Part shown: positions 39,611 to 48,796 of the stretch, one piece after another
How the letters are laid out: every line of letters begins with the position of its first letter
How positions within the stretch are numbered: the stretch's first letter is position 1
Source of the DNA: an uncultured Verrucomicrobiota bacterium
GTDB lineage: Bacteria; Verrucomicrobiota; Verrucomicrobiia; Palsa-1439
DNA length: 57,157 bases
Direction of reading: 5' to 3'
Assembly (NCBI GenBank): GCA_964574605.1
Contig: CAZNOK010000003.1
Span: 1-57,157, forward strand
The notes under the pieces: generated by a model
What the model was told of the DNA's origin: nothing
Seen by the model: only the letters and a program-made list of their open reading frames with translations
The model's database searches: none
Position numbers and translations under genes: made by a program

Positions 39611-41527
39611 ATGATGAAATCTGTAGTCGTCCTATCTGTCCTATTGGTCTGCTGCAATGCCGACGCCGGCCTTGTTGGTCATTGGCGGTTCGACGGCAGC
39701 ACGCCGGAGTTCGACGGGCTTGGCGGCCACGTCTTGATTCGCGAAACGACGTCGTTTGGGTTTTCCAACGCCATCACGGCCACGATTTGGGTCAAGGCAT
39801 CCGCCTTGAAGAACAACACCGTCCTGTTCGGCGTGCCGCACACGAACGAATCGTGGACGACGCCGATGTTCGGGATGTACGGCTCCGACGGCCGGGTCGT
39901 GTTCGGCCTTTGGGGCGACCGCGGCTCCAGCAAAATGCTCTTGGACAGCGCGAGCGAGTTTCCGCTCGACACGTGGACGTTCCTCGCGGGCACATACGAT
40001 GGCACGACCGCGCGCCTCTACGTCAACGGCGCGCTCAGCGCGGAGAAACCACATCACGGCAACATCGTGCGCAACGGCCAGCCGTTGCTCGTCGGCAAAG
40101 GACTTGGCGCAAAACCTTCGCTCAAGGGAAGCGTCGGCGAACTGCGGCTCTACAACAACGCGTTGAGCGCGGCGGAGGTGCGGTCGCTCTTCGAGCAGAC
40201 AAAGTCCGCCTACGATCTGTCCGCACCGGCGAAGCGGGATTTCAAGGACGGAACGGTCATCGTCGAGACGCACCGGAACAATCCCGAAAGTTCCGGGCCG
40301 TGGCGTCCGCAAACGACGCGGCTGCTGGAGTTGCTGAACGGTTACAGGCCGTCGGGCGACAAGGTGAAGCTCGACTCGTTCAGCGGCTGGCTGGATCGTC
40401 CGAAGGAAAAGGCGACGGGCTTCTTCTACGTGAAGAGAATCGAGGGGCGCGATTGGTTGATCGATCCGGATGGTTGGCGATACTACAACATCGGCATCAA
40501 CACGGTCCGGGAACCGAAGAACGCGACCGACGACTGGGCGGAGACAACGACAGCGTTGTTCCGGGCAAACGGGTTCAACGGGCTGGGCAACGGGAGTTCG
40601 CCACGGCTCCAGAAGGTGAAGACGCCGCTGGTCTGGGTGCGGCGGCACAACTTCATGTTCGAGTTCGCCAAGAAAAAGAAACTCACGGAACCGGCTTCGG
40701 GCACAGTGGGCTTCCTCAATCGTTGCATGCCGGTGTTTTATCCGGACTTCGAGGCGTTCTGCGACGAGTTCGCCAAGGACCTTGCCGACACCGCCAACGA
40801 CCGGACGCTGCTCGGCATCATGACCGACAACGAACTCCAGTGCCCGGTTGACCTGCTCGACCGCTACCTGTCGCTTGGCGCCGACGATCCCGGCCACAAA
40901 GCCGCCACCGCGTGGCTCGCGGGACGGAAGATTACGCAGCGGGAGCGTTATCAATTCATCGCATTCGCGTTCGAGCGGTACTATCGCATCGCGACGAAAG
41001 CCATCCGCAAACACGACGCGAACCATCTCTATCTCGGTTCGCGAATCAATTATCACACCGGCGAATTCGACAACCCGTGGTTCTGGAAAACGCTTGCGCA
41101 GTATCACGACGTTGTGTCGGTGAACTACTACGGCATTTGGGGGCCGGACAAGAAACTGTTTGCGGAGTGGGCTGCGTGGAGCGGCAAGCCGGTCCTGTTG
41201 ACGGAATGGTACGCCAAGGCGATGGATGTGCCGGGACTGGCGAACACGAAAGGCGCAGGCTGGCTGGTCCACACGCAGGAGGACCGTGCCCGTTACTACC
41301 AGCACTTCGCGTTAAACGCGCTCGAAATCAAAAACATCGTCGGCTGGCATTTCTTCAAGTATATGGATGACCCGAAAGAATCCGTCGCGCTCGATTCCGC
41401 CGGCGGCGCGAATAAAGGCATGTTCGATTTGCAGGGCAGGCCGTACGTGCCGCTGCTCAAACGAGCTTGCGCGGTCAATCGCGAGGCGTATCCGCTCATT
41501 GAGTTCTTCGATGCGAGGAACCGGTAA
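39611..41527 (+). CDS. Secreted LamG-domain plus clan GH-A (agarase-like) glycoside hydrolase
   Basis: Signal peptide; LamG motifs (GHWRFD, WTFLAGTYDG, LYVNG, LRLYNNALS); hydrolase motifs WLIDPDG, TDNEL, LTEWY, VGWHFFKY. Confidence 0.8.
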   Translation: MMKSVVVLSVLLVCCNADAGLVGHWRFDGSTPEFDGLGGHVLIRETTSFGFSNAITATIWVKASALKNNTVLFGVPHTNESWTTPMFGMYGSDGRVVFGLWGDRGSSKMLLDSASEFPLDTWTFLAGTYDGTTARLYVNGALSAEKPHHGNIVRNGQPLLVGKGLGAKPSLKGSVGELRLYNNALSAAEVRSLFEQTKSAYDLSAPAKRDFKDGTVIVETHRNNPESSGPWRPQTTRLLELLNGYRPSGDKVKLDSFSGWLDRPKEKATGFFYVKRIEGRDWLIDPDGWRYYNIGINTVREPKNATDDWAETTTALFRANGFNGLGNGSSPRLQKVKTPLVWVRRHNFMFEFAKKKKLTEPASGTVGFLNRCMPVFYPDFEAFCDEFAKDLADTANDRTLLGIMTDNELQCPVDLLDRYLSLGADDPGHKAATAWLAGRKITQRERYQFIAFAFERYYRIATKAIRKHDANHLYLGSRINYHTGEFDNPWFWKTLAQYHDVVSVNYYGIWGPDKKLFAEWAAWSGKPVLLTEWYAKAMDVPGLANTKGAGWLVHTQEDRARYYQHFALNALEIKNIVGWHFFKYMDDPKESVALDSAGGANKGMFDLQGRPYVPLLKRACAVNREAYPLIEFFDARNR

Positions 41528-43580
41528 AATCATTTTGCTGTTGCTGCTTGCGCTCGCCGTCACCGGTGAGGCGGCTGAACGCAGGCCGCACCGTCGTAAC
41601 CCGGCAAGGGCTTCATCCGTGCCATGGGCCGTGACCAACGCGCCATACCGCGCCACCATCCAACTCAGCGATCTGCCCAATGTCCCGGCGTCGGGCGTCG
41701 CCATCGAGTTGCCGGACTTCGGGCACACGAAGCCGGATTTGTCAGACGCGGTGTTGACCGACGACGAGGGCACGATCCAACCGATGAACGGGTTGTGGTT
41801 GCGGCCGGGCGGAACGGCTTTGTTGCTGGCGCAGGAGTTGAAGCCGCGCGAGACGTACGCAGTCTATTTCGGCGGCGGCATCAGCCGCGAGCACAAACCG
41901 TGGTCGGCGACGGCGACGAGCCTGTTGATGGAGACGCGCCGGTTGGCCAGCAACGCGAAGTTCAGCAGCTGGCGCGAGATGCTCGAAACGTGGCTGCGGT
42001 CAGGGCCGGTGGACGGGATGGGATTTGTGTCGCGCATTTTTCAGGGAGAAAATCCGTTCGGCGACAATCGCCGGTTCGCGACGCATTACACCGGCTATCT
42101 ACTCACCGCGAACACGCGACAGGTGCGCCTGTACACGCTCTCGTCGGACGCGTCGTTCGTGCTGGTCAACGGCCTGTGCGTGTTGTCCAGCCCCGGCACG
42201 CACGGCGCCCGGGCCAACGAGAAGACCGCGCCGATGGTGACGATCAAATGCCCGACGCCGCTCACGCGGATTGATTACTACCACGTCAAGTCCGACAGCG
42301 CGCACCCTCCCGGCATGGTTCTCGGCTGGCAGAACCAGCATCCCGTTACCATGCGGGAACTCCGGTTCCACGGTTACGAAACCATCCCGTACAACGCCTG
42401 GGCGCACAGCGGTGACGCACGCGTCCTCCGCGTCGAAGGCCGCGACGGCCCGGCGCCCGCGCCGCACGAACGGATCTTGAGTTACATCGGCTACAACAAC
42501 GCGTGGTTTTACGACCTGTTGCTCACCACACCGCCGTTGCCGGACGGCTGGACGGCGGAATGGGAATTTGCCGACGGCGCCGTGCAACGCGGGGCGACTG
42601 CCTCGCGCGTACTCATCACCGATGCTTCGCAGAAAGTCACGCTCCGCCTCAAACACGGCAGCGAAACACTCACCGGCTTCCGACGCCTGGAGTTCCCCAA
42701 CAATCTCACACAAGCCTCGATCAACCGTTCGACCGACGTCAAGCGTTACGCCGCACTGCTGGCGCAGGACGATGCCACCAAGCTGCCGCCGGTTGCGATT
42801 GCCTTTTTGAAGGAGTTCGGCACAGTCGAACAACTGGCGCGCGTCGCGGACGGGTTTCTCCAGAAACATCCAAATGCCGCGTCCGACCTCTGGGCGGCGG
42901 CGCACGAGGCGCGAATCCGCTGGCTCGCGCAGACGAATGCGCCACAGGCGTTGACCGACGGGCGGAACCTGCCGCCGCACCAGCAACACCTCCGGCTCTT
43001 CAACGACCTCGAATTGGATTTGCTTATCTATTACCTGCGCGACGTTGGCGCCGCACCGCGCGTCGAGGCGCTGGCTGGCGACAAACTGCGCGCGCGCATC
43101 CGGCTCGGCGACCTCTTCCGTCTGGCCGGGAAAATCCCGCAGGCCATCGAGTGGTACCAAGCCGCGCAACAAGTGTCGCCCGATAAAACCGACGGGCGGA
43201 AACTGCCGGCACAGGATCGCGCGTACTCGATGACAATCAGCGACGCGCTCGCGCGCAACAACCGCGTGGAAGCCGAGAAGAAACTCGCTGAGTGGGAACA
43301 ACTCCACCCGCTGGCAAAAGTGCAGACCGATTTTCTTCTGTTGCGCGCGCAGTCTCTGATGGCGTTCGGGCGTTGGCGCGAGGCGCTGGCGGAATTGGAT
43401 TCGTTCCAAGCCATCAACCCGGAAACCCCGTATCAGGTCGAAGTGGACTTCCAGCGGGCGCACGCCCTGTTCGCCACCGGCCAGCCCGACGCCGCGCGCA
43501 AACTGTGGGCCGACATCGCCAGAAGCTACCCGAAACACGCGCGGGCCGCAGAGTCCGCGGCGCTTGTCAGGCAACCATAA
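41511..43580 (+). CDS. Secreted hypothetical protein with PA14-like segment and C-terminal TPR-like repeats
   Basis: Signal peptide, FATHYTGYL..LSSDASFVLVNG, and helical repeats (IRLGDLFRLAGK, LWADIARSYP). Confidence 0.72.
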   Translation: MRGTGKIILLLLLALAVTGEAAERRPHRRNPARASSVPWAVTNAPYRATIQLSDLPNVPASGVAIELPDFGHTKPDLSDAVLTDDEGTIQPMNGLWLRPGGTALLLAQELKPRETYAVYFGGGISREHKPWSATATSLLMETRRLASNAKFSSWREMLETWLRSGPVDGMGFVSRIFQGENPFGDNRRFATHYTGYLLTANTRQVRLYTLSSDASFVLVNGLCVLSSPGTHGARANEKTAPMVTIKCPTPLTRIDYYHVKSDSAHPPGMVLGWQNQHPVTMRELRFHGYETIPYNAWAHSGDARVLRVEGRDGPAPAPHERILSYIGYNNAWFYDLLLTTPPLPDGWTAEWEFADGAVQRGATASRVLITDASQKVTLRLKHGSETLTGFRRLEFPNNLTQASINRSTDVKRYAALLAQDDATKLPPVAIAFLKEFGTVEQLARVADGFLQKHPNAASDLWAAAHEARIRWLAQTNAPQALTDGRNLPPHQQHLRLFNDLELDLLIYYLRDVGAAPRVEALAGDKLRARIRLGDLFRLAGKIPQAIEWYQAAQQVSPDKTDGRKLPAQDRAYSMTISDALARNNRVEAEKKLAEWEQLHPLAKVQTDFLLLRAQSLMAFGRWREALAELDSFQAINPETPYQVEVDFQRAHALFATGQPDAARKLWADIARSYPKHARAAESAALVRQP

Positions 43581-43650
43581 GAAGTCGCGGTCTGATTTTC
43601 CAGTCGCGGTGTTAGTACCCTGCAACAACCCAAGAAAGGATCGAACCAAT

Positions 43651-43995
43651 ATGAAGAAACTGGCACTCATTGTGGCAAGCTTGTGCGTGCTCGGACTGTT
43701 GGCGCCGTGCGCGTTCGCCGCCAAAGGCAACAAGGAAAAGAAGGGCGACAAGAAGAAAGGCGCCCAGACCGTCCAGTCTGACTGCTATGCGAAGTACGAC
43801 AAGAACTATAACGGCGTCCTCGACACCGACGAGAAGGAAGCCATTCGCAAAGACCTCGGCAGCAACCCCTCCCTGAAGGCGTTTGACACCAACAACGACG
43901 GCAAACTCAGCGACGATGAGATTTCCGCCATCCCGGCCACGAAAGCCGCAGACGCGCCGGTCAAGAAGGAACGGAAGAAGAAGAAAAACCAATAA
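43651..43995 (+). CDS. Small secreted EF-hand protein
   Basis: AAAGGA RBS, signal peptide, loops DKNYNGVLDTDE and DTNNDGKLSDDE, Lys-rich ends. Confidence 0.85.
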   Translation: MKKLALIVASLCVLGLLAPCAFAAKGNKEKKGDKKKGAQTVQSDCYAKYDKNYNGVLDTDEKEAIRKDLGSNPSLKAFDTNNDGKLSDDEISAIPATKAADAPVKKERKKKKNQ

Positions 43996-44019
43996 CGCTT
44001 CTTGGCGTTTTCAAACGAG

Positions 44020-44060
44020 CAGCGCCGGCAAGTGTTCCTTGCCGGCGCTGTTCTTCTTTT
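44020..44060 (+). terminator. Intrinsic terminator
   Basis: 13-bp stem CAGCGCCGGCAAG, 5-nt loop, CTTGCCGGCGCTG, then TTCTTCTTTT. Confidence 0.85.
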
Positions 44061-44069
44061 GAGGTTCCC

Positions 44070-44168
44070 TTAGGTGTAGGAAGCGAGAACCGCGAAGCCG
44101 ATCCCCAGCAGCAATAGAAGGATGGCGACAACAATAACCGCGTTTCGTTCTCTTCGACTCATTGCCAT
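44070..44168 (-). CDS. Putative 32-aa single-TM microprotein
   Basis: Hand translation MAMSRRERNAVIVVAILLLLLGIGFAVLASYT*; ends 20 bp before the hairpin. Confidence 0.45.
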   Translation of the reverse strand: MAMSRRERNAVIVVAILLLLLGIGFAVLASYT

Positions 44169-44250
44169 GAGAAAAACCGATATGCGATGTGGTCGCTGGC
44201 CGCAATCGGGCTTGCCCTGATTCTGCCATCAGGAATTTCCCGACAACCAC

Positions 44251-45252
44251 TCACTTCCTGCTGAAACTCAGAACGGCATCGGCAACGGCATCAGCATACT
44301 CGCGAAAGATGCTGCGATAGCGCCTGTGCTCAATCTCCCGCTCGCCGTCGTAGTCGCCGAGTTGGAGTCGCTGCCAGACAATGCGGTTGTTCATGAAGTA
44401 TGGCTCAAGGTAGATGACGGGGCCGTGTATCTGTCGGTTCGCGCCGAGGTTGCGCAGAAGAAGATACGGGTTGTCGGTAATCGGCGCCCAGTTCTCCGAC
44501 GGCCGCAACGGTTCCAGCCCCGTCGCTTGCGCCAGCGAACGGGACACGGCGTCGGCGACGGCCAACTCCGTCGCGTGCGAGTGTTCCAGAAGTTTCGAGA
44601 GCAGCCAGAACTTCTGTTCGTCCTCGGCAACCTCGGCGGGCAGATAATGGCCGTGGACGAAGACGGTGAGGCGGTTGTCCTCCACGAGATCACGCCGTTC
44701 GTTCCACGGCACGGCGTTGAAATGGATGCAGATGGTGAGGTCGGGGTTGAGTTCGGTGTTCACGAGCCGGGCGCGAGCCGCGATGTCCGTGCGCGCGTCT
44801 GGAGGTCGCTTGTCAGTGACCGGCGTGAAATCGTTCTTGGTCAGAAATACCTTCAACCCGGCGGATTCGAGGCGCGTTTTGAGAAGACGGGCGACGGTGA
44901 GGTTGAGCGCGGCTTCCTCGATGGGTTTGTCGTTGCCCCGGACAAAATGCCGGTCCTCGAACCGCGCCCACTCGCCACCGATGTGACCGGGGTCGAGCGC
45001 GATGCGGCGGATTGGCGTTTGGCGATTCGCGATTGGCGATTGGGCAAAGTGGAGCGTCAAGAGAACGTTCGTCTTGGAGAGGATGGCGACGGAGTTGGCG
45101 GAGTAGCGGAGGTAATTGGCAAAAGCGCCGCTCGGGCAGTAAACGGTTGCGAGCAGCTTGTCGAATTCGGCGCGGGTGATGGTGCGCTGATGGCGTTCCA
45201 GCGCCGGCCAATCAGCGGCCAACAACAACGCGGCGGCTATGGCTGGTCCCAT
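44251..45252 (-). CDS. N-acetylmuramoyl-L-alanine amidase (Amidase_3-like)
   Basis: IALDPGHIGG, EAALNL, ICIHFNA, YLEPYFMN. Start may be 45267. Confidence 0.82.
   Translation of the reverse strand: MGPAIAAALLLAADWPALERHQRTITRAEFDKLLATVYCPSGAFANYLRYSANSVAILSKTNVLLTLHFAQSPIANRQTPIRRIALDPGHIGGEWARFEDRHFVRGNDKPIEEAALNLTVARLLKTRLESAGLKVFLTKNDFTPVTDKRPPDARTDIAARARLVNTELNPDLTICIHFNAVPWNERRDLVEDNRLTVFVHGHYLPAEVAEDEQKFWLLSKLLEHSHATELAVADAVSRSLAQATGLEPLRPSENWAPITDNPYLLLRNLGANRQIHGPVIYLEPYFMNNRIVWQRLQLGDYDGEREIEHRRYRSIFREYADAVADAVLSFSRK
45010..45044. repeat. Heptamer tandem repeat (GATTGGC-like x5) inside the amidase gene
   Basis: GATTGGC GTTTGGC GATTCGC GATTGGC GATTGGG, encoding QSPIANRQTPI. Confidence 0.7.
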
Positions 45253-45743
45253 TCGGCGGGACTCCATTCGAGGATTTCGTTGATTTGGTCGAAGGCGTGG
45301 ACAGTCTCGGCATCGAAGTAACGGTCGTGATCGAGCGCGGCGAGTTCGTGCTGCATCTCCTCCACGGTGCAGCGGTGATGCTCGGCGTCGAGTCGGCGGA
45401 CGCGCGCGGCGCTGAGCGCATCAAGAAAATCGAAATACGGCCCGTCGCCATCTTCATCAATCACCGGCAAGGCGAACGCCTCCCCGCCTTCCTTGCCGGC
45501 GCGCAATTGCAGCATTCCCTCGGCGATCTCCGCGTCAATCGCGTACAGATGGAACGCTTTGGCAAACCACTCTGCGACGCCGTACTCAGCAAGCTGCTCG
45601 ACCAACTCGCGAACCTGACGCGGGTCAAGGACGCCGTGCGCAGAAGGCGGCGCGTCGGGCGCGTCCGGCGTCGGCGCGAGCCACCAGTTGAAGTCCTCGC
45701 CGAGGCGGACAACGATCTGTTCAGGAAGTTTCACGGATTGCAT
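45237..45743 (-). CDS. Hypothetical acidic protein
   Basis: Protein-like composition and overlap with the amidase start; start uncertain (45743 or 45734). Confidence 0.65.
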   Translation of the reverse strand: MQSVKLPEQIVVRLGEDFNWWLAPTPDAPDAPPSAHGVLDPRQVRELVEQLAEYGVAEWFAKAFHLYAIDAEIAEGMLQLRAGKEGGEAFALPVIDEDGDGPYFDFLDALSAARVRRLDAEHHRCTVEEMQHELAALDHDRYFDAETVHAFDQINEILEWSPAEWDQP

Positions 45744-45774
45744 TTTGCCCCGGCGGAGGCGAAAATCAATCCCG

Positions 45775-46290
45775 ATGAGCATCCACAGTTATCAGGGCAA
45801 ACTGCCGAGACTCGGCCGCGACGTGTTCGTGGCGAAGGGCGCGCGCTTGATCGGCGACGTGCAGGTCGGCGATGCCTCCAGCATCTGGTTCAACACCGTG
45901 CTCCGCGGCGACCTCCAGCCGGTCGTCATCGGCCACCACACCAACATCCAGGACAACGCCATCTGCCACATCGGCTACGTCGAACCGTGCATCGTCGGCA
46001 ACTACGTCACCGCCGGCCACGGCGTGATTCTTCACGGCTGTACGATCCGCGACGAAGTTCTCATCGGCATGGGTGCCGTGATCATGGACCGCGTTGTCGT
46101 CGGCGAACAAAGCATCATCGGCGCGGCTGCATTGGTGACGCAGGACACGATCATTCCACCCGGCTCGCTGGTGTACGGCTCGCCGGCGAAGGTGGTCAGC
46201 ACGTTGGGGCCGAAGGAACGCGCGCAACTGCGCCGCTACGCCGAGGAATACTGCGAGCTTGCCGCCCGCCACATCACCATGACTTCGTAA
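45775..46290 (+). CDS. Gamma carbonic anhydrase family protein
   Basis: IGDVQVG..SSIWFNTVLRGD, TNIQDNAICH, GHGVILHGCTI, GSPAK. Confidence 0.92.
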   Translation: MSIHSYQGKLPRLGRDVFVAKGARLIGDVQVGDASSIWFNTVLRGDLQPVVIGHHTNIQDNAICHIGYVEPCIVGNYVTAGHGVILHGCTIRDEVLIGMGAVIMDRVVVGEQSIIGAAALVTQDTIIPPGSLVYGSPAKVVSTLGPKERAQLRRYAEEYCELAARHITMTS

Positions 46291-46318
46291 CCTCAATCGC
46301 CCGAACTGCCATAGCCAA

Positions 46319-46570
46319 ATGACACGAACGTTTATCATGCTGATCCTCCTGCTCGGCGCACTGGGGCCGACAGCGCTGGCGTCGCTCAGCGTTTGGGGAG
46401 CCAATCAATGGGTGCTTGCGGCAGTGCTTGTGGTTTATGCGATTGCGCTCGGTGTCACGGCGTGGCGACTGGAGAAACGAAGGCGCTGGACCGGGGCGGG
46501 ATTGTGCCTGGCGGTGTTATTGCTGGGGATGCTAATCGTCTATCTCACGCACCGCCGGCTTGTGCGATGA
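46319..46570 (+). CDS. Small membrane protein (3 hydrophobic segments)
   Basis: 83 aa with TM-like stretches and basic loops. Confidence 0.65.
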   Translation: MTRTFIMLILLLGALGPTALASLSVWGANQWVLAAVLVVYAIALGVTAWRLEKRRRWTGAGLCLAVLLLGMLIVYLTHRRLVR

Positions 46571-46805
46571 GGTGCTGCTTGCATTTGACGCCTCACCGGC
46601 TACACTATGAGCCATCATGAATTCCAATGACAAGAAGCTTTACATTGAGCCGACGCTGGAAAAACGTGATGAGTTGATTGAGGTCACGGAACAAGGCCCT
46701 GTCGTCTCACAGACTGCATTTGATTAGCCGCAACGCGACTATCAGTGGTACTAGTGCTGAGCACTTTGCTCGTCTATCTCACGCACCGCCGGCTTGTGCG
46801 ATGAG
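46536..46805. repeat. Identical 36-bp direct repeats (46536-46571 and 46770-46805)
   Basis: TCGTCTATCTCACGCACCGCCGGCTTGTGCGATGAG occurs twice, separated by 198 bp. Confidence 0.92.
46617..46727 (+). CDS. Putative 36-aa RiPP-precursor-like peptide (YxxPxL leader)
   Basis: Hand translation MNSNDKKLYIEPTLEKRDELIEVTEQGPVVSQTAFD*; preceded by TTGCAT-16-TACACT. Confidence 0.55.
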   Translation: MNSNDKKLYIEPTLEKRDELIEVTEQGPVVSQTAFD

Positions 46806-47882
46806 ACGTTTCAGTTCCTTCTCGAACACGGCACCGTCCATCGGCAACTCGATTGTCCGATCCTGAAGCGATGACAACAACATCGCATTGGCCAGCTCGA
46901 CGGAGCGGACTCCCTCGGCGGCGGGCGCGATCAATGGCGCGCCATCAAGGATTGCATCCACAAAATTGCGCACGATGGCCATGTGTTGACCGGCAAAGCT
47001 TGGAATCGTCGTGGCGCGGGTCTGCGAAGGGATGATGGGGAACAACTCCTTCGTCGTGCGGTTGAACTGGGAGGTCGGCACGTCGTTGCGAATGAAAGTC
47101 AGCGTGCCGTTCTCGACGGTGAGACGCCCCTTGTCGCCGGCGATTTCGAGGCGGTTGACGCCGGGCGCTTCGCCGGTGCAGGCAATGAACGTGCCAGTCA
47201 ACTTGCCATCGTATTCGAGGTAGGCGGTCACTTCATCCTCGACTTCGATGCGGTGGTATTTGCCGAGGTGACAGAAGGCGCGGATCCGTCGCGGCATGCC
47301 GAAAAGCCATTGGAAGAGATCGAGCTGATGCGGGCACTGGTTGAGCAGGACGCCGCCGCCTTCGCCGGACCAAGTGCCGCGCCACGGGGCGCTGCCGTAG
47401 TAGGCGTCGGGACGAAACCAATGCGTGACCGTCCAGTTCAGGCGCTGAAGCGGGCCAAGCTCGCCGGCAGAAAGCATCTCGCGGATCTTCATGAAAAGCG
47501 GCTCGGTCCGCATGTTGAACATGACGGCAAACACGAGGCGCGGGTCGGTGTGCGCGGCCACAAGGCGCTCGGCGTCGGCTTTGTGGACGGAGATGGGTTT
47601 CTCGACGAGGACGTGCAGCCCGTTGCGGAGCGCGTCGGCGCCGATGGTGGTGTGGGAGTAGTGCGGTGTGGCAATGAGGACGGCGTCCGCGGCGCCCGAC
47701 CGAATGAGGTCTTCGCTGCGGGCGAACTGTCGCGCCTGCGGGAAACGCGCCAGTTGTTCCGGTATCTGGCTGCAGACAGCGGTCACCTCGCAGCGCGGGA
47801 CAGATCCGGCAATGATTTGTTCGGCGTGTCGCGCGCCCATGGCGCCGACGCCGATGACACCTAAGCGAACGGTTTGGCTCAT
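46779..47882 (-). CDS. Gfo/Idh/MocA oxidoreductase
   Basis: RLGVIGVGAMG, IATPHYSH, LVEKP, GGGVLLNQCPHQLD. Start ATG 47882. Confidence 0.93.
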   Translation of the reverse strand: MSQTVRLGVIGVGAMGARHAEQIIAGSVPRCEVTAVCSQIPEQLARFPQARQFARSEDLIRSGAADAVLIATPHYSHTTIGADALRNGLHVLVEKPISVHKADAERLVAAHTDPRLVFAVMFNMRTEPLFMKIREMLSAGELGPLQRLNWTVTHWFRPDAYYGSAPWRGTWSGEGGGVLLNQCPHQLDLFQWLFGMPRRIRAFCHLGKYHRIEVEDEVTAYLEYDGKLTGTFIACTGEAPGVNRLEIAGDKGRLTVENGTLTFIRNDVPTSQFNRTTKELFPIIPSQTRATTIPSFAGQHMAIVRNFVDAILDGAPLIAPAAEGVRSVELANAMLLSSLQDRTIELPMDGAVFEKELKRLIAQAGGA

Positions 47883-47973
47883 GGGCGAACTGATACCGCA
47901 CTGCGCCAGCGATGCCAACTCTAAATTGCTTGACCTGACATATCGCGCGGCTACATTCGCACCAGACAAAAAC

Positions 47974-48795
47974 ATGAAGATGGTGATACCGGTATTGTTG
48001 TTGGGTCTGTCCACCTGCGTGGTGGGGCAAACCACTCGTGACGGTTTTGTGGCGGCGTTGCCAACGTTTGCCAGCGGACCGCACGCCCGCAAGCATGCGG
48101 TTTATCAGCACGAGAAATTCTCCGCTTGGTTCGACGCCAAGGGGATCCTCCGCGTGCAGCCCCTTGACAAGGGGAAACCGGTCGGCAAGGCGTTCACCTG
48201 CCTCGGGGTCGAGCCGTACTACAGCGCCAAGGGAACCACATGGGTGCGCGCGATGAAACGGTTTCAAGACACAACGCCACCGGTCGTCATCCCCGCCGGT
48301 GGCGGAAAGCTCCGACTCAAAGGTCGGTTGGACGAGAACATCCCGTTCACGGCGGAGTACACGTTTTCCGGCAACACCATCAAGGCCACCGGCGGTTGCC
48401 AAGACAACCCGTACACGAAACCGCCGACGTACTTCCGGCTGCTGACGCGTTTCTCGCCCTCGCACAGTTTCACCAACTTCACGTCTGCCGCCGAGATCGA
48501 AGCCGCCACGAAAGGGATGACCCTGGAAGTGCGCCCGAAAGCCACCGGGCTGCCCGAAACAGTCTATCCGTATTCACGAAGCATCCCGAACCTGTCCGGG
48601 CCGTACACGGCAATGATTACGCGCGGCGCGTTCGGGCCGCGTGTCATCACGCACAAACCCGTCGGCAAGGAAGGAGCGTTGCACGGGTATATCTACACAG
48701 GGTTCAAAGCGTGGCAGGGTTATTGCGCCCAGTACATCACGCAAGGCAAAAAGATCAACCTGGCCCACAACGAAGCCTCAGTGACGATTGACTAA
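47974..48795 (+). CDS. Secreted hypothetical protein, tandem paralog 1
   Basis: Signal peptide, strong similarity to the next gene, upstream TTGACC-16-TACATT. Confidence 0.78.
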   Translation: MKMVIPVLLLGLSTCVVGQTTRDGFVAALPTFASGPHARKHAVYQHEKFSAWFDAKGILRVQPLDKGKPVGKAFTCLGVEPYYSAKGTTWVRAMKRFQDTTPPVVIPAGGGKLRLKGRLDENIPFTAEYTFSGNTIKATGGCQDNPYTKPPTYFRLLTRFSPSHSFTNFTSAAEIEAATKGMTLEVRPKATGLPETVYPYSRSIPNLSGPYTAMITRGAFGPRVITHKPVGKEGALHGYIYTGFKAWQGYCAQYITQGKKINLAHNEASVTID

Positions 48796-48796
48796 C

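Noticed and set aside
44011-44250. 79-aa ORF from the track
   Set aside because: It runs through the terminator hairpin and has implausible composition; the 32-aa TM frame is more credible.
46536-46805. 36-bp repeats as a CRISPR array
   Set aside because: Only two copies, a 198-bp interval, both overlapping gene ends, and no cas genes.
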